NCBI GenBank assembly: GCA_944389055.1 | Contig: CALXKY010000001.1 | Span: forward strand, 1 to 60,595 | Direction: 5' to 3' | DNA from: an uncultured Spirochaetaceae bacterium | Lineage (GTDB): Bacteria; Spirochaetota; Spirochaetia; Sphaerochaetales; Sphaerochaetaceae | Length of the DNA stretch: 60,595 nucleotides | Shown here: piece by piece, positions 56,731-60,595 of the stretch | Position numbering within the stretch: position 1 is the stretch's first letter | Layout: every line of letters starts with the position of its first letter | Made by a program: the position numbers and the translations under genes | Notes under the pieces: model-generated | Seen by the model: only the letters and a program-made list of their open reading frames with translations | The model's database searches: none | Told to the model about the DNA's origin: nothing

Positions 56731-57535
56731 TGATTTCCTCTTCCAAAGCAGTATCCCAGGTTTTCCGTATCAGCTGATCCGACCAGCCGTATGGATATGC
56801 TCTGAAGAATTCCTCATAGTCATAATATTCGGAGATTATCATTCTCCGTCTCTCGCTGTCACAAGCCTGGATCACATGGACCATTGCGCCATCCAGATCA
56901 TCCGGCGATATGTTCTTCGGATATGAGTCGTATATCGCATTCATCAGGATGCGCTTTACGTTTTCCGCATTCGGCTGGCTGAAGTCAGATGTGGAAGCAA
57001 TGTCTCCCTTATATCGGATAACAGAACGTGAGAAAAGCTCTCTGATAAGAATCTCCCTCTTGTCGCGTATATACTGGCTGGCATCAAGATTCACGCTTAT
57101 TCCATTGTCTTCGCTTTCGTACTTCTCAAAAGTCGCAGCAACACGCGCAAGTTTTTCCGCCTTCTTCAGGAAATCCCTGTCATCAGGAGTGATGGAAAGC
57201 TTATGGCAATACTTCTCATCCGAGACGGCGGAAACCATGATCTGGAAAGGGCGGGCAAAATGAGACAGTACGGATATCTCATCCATGAACTCCGAATTCC
57301 AGTCGAGCGTGAATACTGGCGAAAACCGCGAAAGGAAAGGGGCAAAGCCAGGATTCATGCCAGGAATATCATTGACGTGCATTCCCCTCATCATCGAGGA
57401 TGCCATGAGAATGTCACGGGATATCCTCTCGTTCCTGTCCTTTGGGGAAATGAAGGGATCATTGGCTTCTGCCTGTGCAAGAAGATAATGCCTGAGCGCA
57501 TCAATGTGAGTCTGAATCCTGTCTGAATAGTCCAT
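56690..57535 (-). CDS. hypothetical protein (281 aa), no recognisable domain
   Basis: Long ORF. Its 3' end overlaps the convergent WYL gene by 41 nt. Confidence 0.5.
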   Translation of the reverse strand: MDYSDRIQTHIDALRHYLLAQAEANDPFISPKDRNERISRDILMASSMMRGMHVNDIPGMNPGFAPFLSRFSPVFTLDWNSEFMDEISVLSHFARPFQIMVSAVSDEKYCHKLSITPDDRDFLKKAEKLARVAATFEKYESEDNGISVNLDASQYIRDKREILIRELFSRSVIRYKGDIASTSDFSQPNAENVKRILMNAIYDSYPKNISPDDLDGAMVHVIQACDSERRRMIISEYYDYEEFFRAYPYGWSDQLIRKTWDTALEEEIIIDCDTEQKSDRE

Positions 57536-57669
57536 ATATCACCTCTGAGTTTCAGCAATGATAGGGAATGAATATGTCAGAAGCTGTCAGAAGAATCCAT
57601 CATGTATATGAACTCTGTCAGATTCTACCATTGATCGAAAATGCTCTGTGCTTGAAGGAGGAAGACAAT

Positions 57670-57880
57670 ATGAGCTTTGTTCATCTGCATTGCCACTCAG
57701 ATTATTCACTTGGAGATTCCATAGCCCGGATGAGGACTATATAGAAGCTGCGGAAGCAGCAGGTATGAAAGCTTTGGCAATTTCCGATACCGACAGTCTT
57801 GCAGGTGCAATCAGGTTTTCCGAATTATGCAAAAAGCGTGTATCAAGCCGATAATAGCATCTGAGCTTTCCTTTTGGTGA
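57670..57880 (+). pseudogene. 5' remnant of an error-prone DnaE2/ImuC-type DNA polymerase III alpha gene (PHP domain start), with two frameshifts and truncated
   Basis: GAAGGAGG then ATG. Frame 1 reads MSFVHLHCHSDYSLGDSIA. Frame 2 reads ..EDYIEAAEAAGMKALAISDTDSLAGAIRFSELCKK. Frame 3 reads IKPIIASELSFW*. The HxHxHS..S and TD..SLAG pattern is typical of the DnaE/DnaE2 N-terminus. Confidence 0.65.
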
Positions 57881-57984
57881 GTCTCCGGGCCGTCAGGTTT
57901 GAGACATCAGCAAGGAAGATTGTGGCCCATATATAACAGACAACAGGCTATCACCAATGAGTGGCGATAGCCAGAATCGTAAAA

Positions 57985-59166
57985 TTATTCCATTGCCGCA
58001 TAGGCTGTCTTTTTCAGCCAGGAAATCCCAGCTGCTTCAAGCCACATGTCCACAAGTTTCTCGCAGCCAATGAACTGGATATTGTTCAGCCAATCGGACG
58101 GTATCTTTTTTTCGTTGCTGTAATTATTGATTATTTCCTTGATTTCAGCTTCAGCCTTCCTTTCATCGTTTTTCTTGTTGTTTTCCCATGTATGGAAGAC
58201 GATAACTATGGTGGCATCATTTGTGTCTGGAGAGAAGTCGTATAATGCCTCGATTGCTTCATTCAGTTCAGATTTGCTCAGCCGGGCCTTGATCTGAACA
58301 TAAATTGTTTTTTCTGCAGGTCCGGTTTTATTCAACGCTTTTGCGTTTATGCCGTTGAAAGGAAGCTGGTACTCCCCATCAATTGCTTTCATATTGCTTC
58401 CGCTTCGGCCCATTCTTCTCAATCCTGATTGTGTGAACACCATATCAGCAAAGGCTTCGAAGTCTGTTGGCGCTAGCAGACGGACAGCCTTGCATAGCTG
58501 TGATTTCAGTTTCTCGAGCTGTTCATCGAATGATCCGAGATCAGGGCATTCTTCGAGACCGATTGTCCACTTGAAAAGAGTTATGCCATTGTCATTGTCT
58601 TTGAGTTCGGACATTGTTCTTTGTACCATCTGCTTCCGTCTAAGCTGGCCACAGATTGACCGTTCATACAATGTTTTTCCGTTTTTGCTTTTATCACTCC
58701 ATTCGGTTGTATAACGGATCAAGTCACTCTGTCTGTATTTTTCAGATTCTTCATAAATCATATCTTTGCGGAAATCTATGTTTTCCCCTGGGTTTCCTTT
58801 TGGATGACACCACCAGAGCTTACCCTTATGAAACGTAAAAAAGATGTCACTTTCATCGGCCATGCATACGTTTCTTATGGCATTCCTAGCCCCCGTGACT
58901 TCCTTGGATGCCATTTCTTTACGACTTCTTTCGGCAGTATGCCGGATGCATTCGTCAACACATTCCCAGCATTTTTCTTTTGTGTTTTTATCTGCCTCAT
59001 TTCCAAGCGCAAGTTCTGAGTTTATCGCCTTCTTGATGTTTTCCTCATCGGCTTCATTGAACCCGAGCCATATACCGGGTTTCTTGCAGCCTGGCTCGAG
59101 ATATTTCTCGCAGATTTTATCCCTTTTTATGGAAGATCCCATCTTAATGCAAAAGATCCTGTTCAT
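57985..59166 (-). CDS. two-domain protein: unknown Cys-rich N-terminal region + C-terminal Mrr-like PD-(D/E)xK restriction-endonuclease domain
   Basis: The C-terminal FEAFADMVFTQSGLRRMGRSGSNMKAIDGEY....IYVQIKAR matches the Mrr_cat pattern (FE..., D-G-x-D, VQxK). AAAGGAGAAA as RBS. Confidence 0.65.
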   Translation of the reverse strand: MNRIFCIKMGSSIKRDKICEKYLEPGCKKPGIWLGFNEADEENIKKAINSELALGNEADKNTKEKCWECVDECIRHTAERSRKEMASKEVTGARNAIRNVCMADESDIFFTFHKGKLWWCHPKGNPGENIDFRKDMIYEESEKYRQSDLIRYTTEWSDKSKNGKTLYERSICGQLRRKQMVQRTMSELKDNDNGITLFKWTIGLEECPDLGSFDEQLEKLKSQLCKAVRLLAPTDFEAFADMVFTQSGLRRMGRSGSNMKAIDGEYQLPFNGINAKALNKTGPAEKTIYVQIKARLSKSELNEAIEALYDFSPDTNDATIVIVFHTWENNKKNDERKAEAEIKEIINNYSNEKKIPSDWLNNIQFIGCEKLVDMWLEAAGISWLKKTAYAAME

Positions 59167-59302
59167 CGTATTTCTCCTTTTTTGTTACTTTCATACATTC
59201 ATTTCATAAATAAAGCAGAGGTGAATGTCTTTTATTATAAAACCGAACTGTATTCCATCTCTTTTCTGTAAGGTTATAATCCAATCTCTGAAATAATTAT
59301 AA

Positions 59303-59332
59303 GTGACAGAAATCTGACAATACTTGTCATAG
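59303..59332. promoter_or_regulatory. operator-like repeats upstream of the nuclease gene
   Basis: GTGACAG (59303-59309), then the perfect inverted repeat TGACAA-TAC-TTGTCA (59315-59329). A further CTGTCAT lies about 40 nt on. Confidence 0.3.
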
Positions 59333-59403
59333 ATATTATTTTCCCCGTTGCGTGGATTGAGAATCTGTCATCTGAACATGCGGACTGTACAAATTTTATA
59401 CAT

Positions 59404-59486
59404 TTGGTTCTGAATATGTTTGTTCAGTTGTTGATTTGGTTCTAAATACGACCGACATGCAGTGTTTTCTGGTTTTAAATACGACC
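59404..59486. repeat. three ~17-bp direct repeats at 32-33-bp spacing
   Basis: TGGTTCTGAATATGTTT (59405), TGGTTCTAAATACGACC (59437-59453) and TGGTTTTAAATACGACC (59470-59486). Confidence 0.7.
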
Positions 59487-59627
59487 AAATATGATATTCC
59501 CCAGAAGCTTGAGATTGATTTCGTAATCGAGATGGATGAGGCTGTCCTGCCGATAGAGGTGAAAAGCGGTAACAACAAGGCCCTTTCACTTTCAAAGCTT
59601 CTTACCTCCAGTGATATCCCACTCTGA
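59436..59627 (+). pseudogene. 3' remnant of an AAA-DUF4143 ATPase gene
   Basis: Only the tail ..KLEIDFVIEMDEAVLPIEVKSGNNKALSLSKL is recognisable (the D...ExK end of DUF4143). No ATPase part lies upstream. Confidence 0.55.
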
Positions 59628-59707
59628 CTGAAGCTTGCTGAATCTTCCTGCGTATGCTTCCTGTATTCATGGCTGTTTCCCTGTGAATCGGATATGATTG
59701 TTAAATC

Positions 59708-59735
59708 ACGATTTACTAAAATACGATTTACTAAA
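59708..59735. repeat. 13-bp direct repeat, 15-bp period
   Basis: ACGATTTACTAAA at 59708-59720 and at 59723-59735. Confidence 0.8.
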
Positions 59736-59965
59736 ACATGATTCAACAATATTCACCGAGCTGTTTCTGAATATATTTGTAAGTTTAGCTCCAATGAACA
59801 GAAGAAAATATATTCATTGCCATAGCAGGTGTTTCAGAGATTTATTCCGATTCCAGATAATATGATCAGAAACACGGTATACATCTACAGGAGTATAGCG
59901 GCACGTTTCCATTTCTTTGGATAACTCTGACAGCTGGTGTCATACTTTGTGAGTAATCTCAGGCT

Positions 59966-60379
59966 ATGAAGATCAGGAAATACAGAGGCGCTGGGATGAT
60001 TATCTATCATCGCGGGAGCAATGGAAGGATGCATCTGCTGCTTGAGAAACGCTCTGATGATCACTCTTGGGCGATTCCAGGCGGAGGTGCATCTTCTATG
60101 GATGAGAATCTCATGGCGGCTGCTATCAGGGAGACGGCGGAGGAGACAGGCATTGCAGTTCCCTCTGCTGTGCATATCACGACATACAGGCTTCCATTCT
60201 TCACATATGCAGTGTTTGCCGCACATTTTGATGACATGGTCAGGCCGGTGCGCAACTGGGAATCCGAGAGCATCCGATGGTTCCCCGTTTCGGCTCTGCC
60301 TGAGGGCATGAACTTCATGACAAGGATTGAGATCCGGGATTTTCTTAAAATGGAGGGCATATGTGGTCGAAGGAACTGA
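59966..60379 (+). CDS. Nudix hydrolase (copy 2)
   Basis: Nudix box G-ASSMD-E-NLMAAAI-RETAEETGI. Roughly half of its residues are identical to copy 1 by eye. Confidence 0.85.
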   Translation: MKIRKYRGAGMIIYHRGSNGRMHLLLEKRSDDHSWAIPGGGASSMDENLMAAAIRETAEETGIAVPSAVHITTYRLPFFTYAVFAAHFDDMVRPVRNWESESIRWFPVSALPEGMNFMTRIEIRDFLKMEGICGRRN

Positions 60380-60595
60380 GGGATTATACTGCCGAGCATT
60401 TCGGCGATACAGTCATTACGCTTCTGAAGAAGGATACGCAGGATATCTTCGCGGCCGGGTATGACAGGGATATCTATCTACCTGAGCGTATTGCATCGCT
60501 TGTTCCTGTGGAAGAGAGAAATAAATGCCTGATTCTCGCAAGTTATGACGGAAAGAGGTTTATCTCTGCGTATGAGACCATCGAAGAACTTATTG
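60361..60595 (+). CDS. paralogue of the 91-aa Nudix partner (copy 2), 3'-truncated by the window edge
   Basis: ATG 60361 lies inside the Nudix copy 2 3' end, behind TGGAGGG. MWSKELRDYTAEHFGD...GYDRDIYLPERIASLVP aligns with copy 1 MWSEELRRMTIEHFGD...GFDRDIYITDRAKSLIP. Not in the ORF track because no stop lies within the window. Confidence 0.65.
   Translation, partial: MWSKELRDYTAEHFGDTVITLLKKDTQDIFAAGYDRDIYLPERIASLVPVEERNKCLILASYDGKRFISAYETIEELI

Noticed and set aside
57648-57854. 68-aa track ORF that could be taken as a small gene.
   Set aside because: It is the middle reading frame of the frameshifted dnaE2-type remnant. The true start (ATG 57670) and the tail are in the other two frames.
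51375-60595. Search for a mobile-element signature of the island: integrase, transposase, or a direct repeat of the tRNA-Leu 3' end.
   Set aside because: None was found by eye within the window. I therefore call it an accessory island only, not a defined integrative element or prophage.

Overview
This window is about 60.6 kb of bacterial chromosome. It is mostly tightly packed housekeeping operons, interrupted by visibly AT-richer accessory patches. All domain calls come from motif recognition by eye; no database search was run.

Housekeeping content:
- purB, purA and two purine phosphoribosyltransferases.
- An archaeal-type pheS/pheT pair.
- fusA and trxA.
- carD-ispD-ispF, malQ-rsmE-thyX and uvrC.
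- An hprK-ptsH-lexA-holA operon.
- A ymdB-rseC-lptC-lptA-lptB-rpoN-hpf cluster.

The archaeal-type PheRS, HprK/HPr linked to rpoN, and the many lipobox proteins are consistent with a Treponema-like spirochaete. That taxon call is inference only.

Accessory patches:
1. A BrnT/BrnA toxin-antitoxin pair at the left edge.
2. 14.3-16.1 kb: a gene remnant and a doubly frameshifted lipoprotein gene.
3. 20.4-24.3 kb: two lipoprotein genes carrying poly-G/poly-C tracts (one in a promoter spacer, one inside the coding frame), an AAA-DUF4143 ATPase and an orphan AbrB-type antitoxin.
4. 24.3-32.8 kb: a MarR plus two-ABC exporter operon, a KaiC/RecA-like ATPase, an Arch_ATPase-DUF234 protein and a TetR/membrane-protein module.
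5. 51.4 kb to the window end: an island starting right after tRNA-Leu(CAG).

The tRNA-Leu island is the most likely place for an undescribed system. It holds:
- A DnaB-C-terminal-only ATPase.
- Two diverged copies of a translationally coupled Nudix + ~90-aa partner cassette.
- An ankyrin-repeat protein.
- A WYL-domain regulator.
- Unknown proteins of 254 aa and 281 aa.
- A 393-aa protein combining an unknown N-terminal domain with an Mrr-like PD-(D/E)xK nuclease domain.
- Remnants of a dnaE2-type polymerase gene and of a DUF4143 gene.
- Recurrent short promoter-region motifs.

I saw no rRNA, no CRISPR array, no intact transposase and no integrase.
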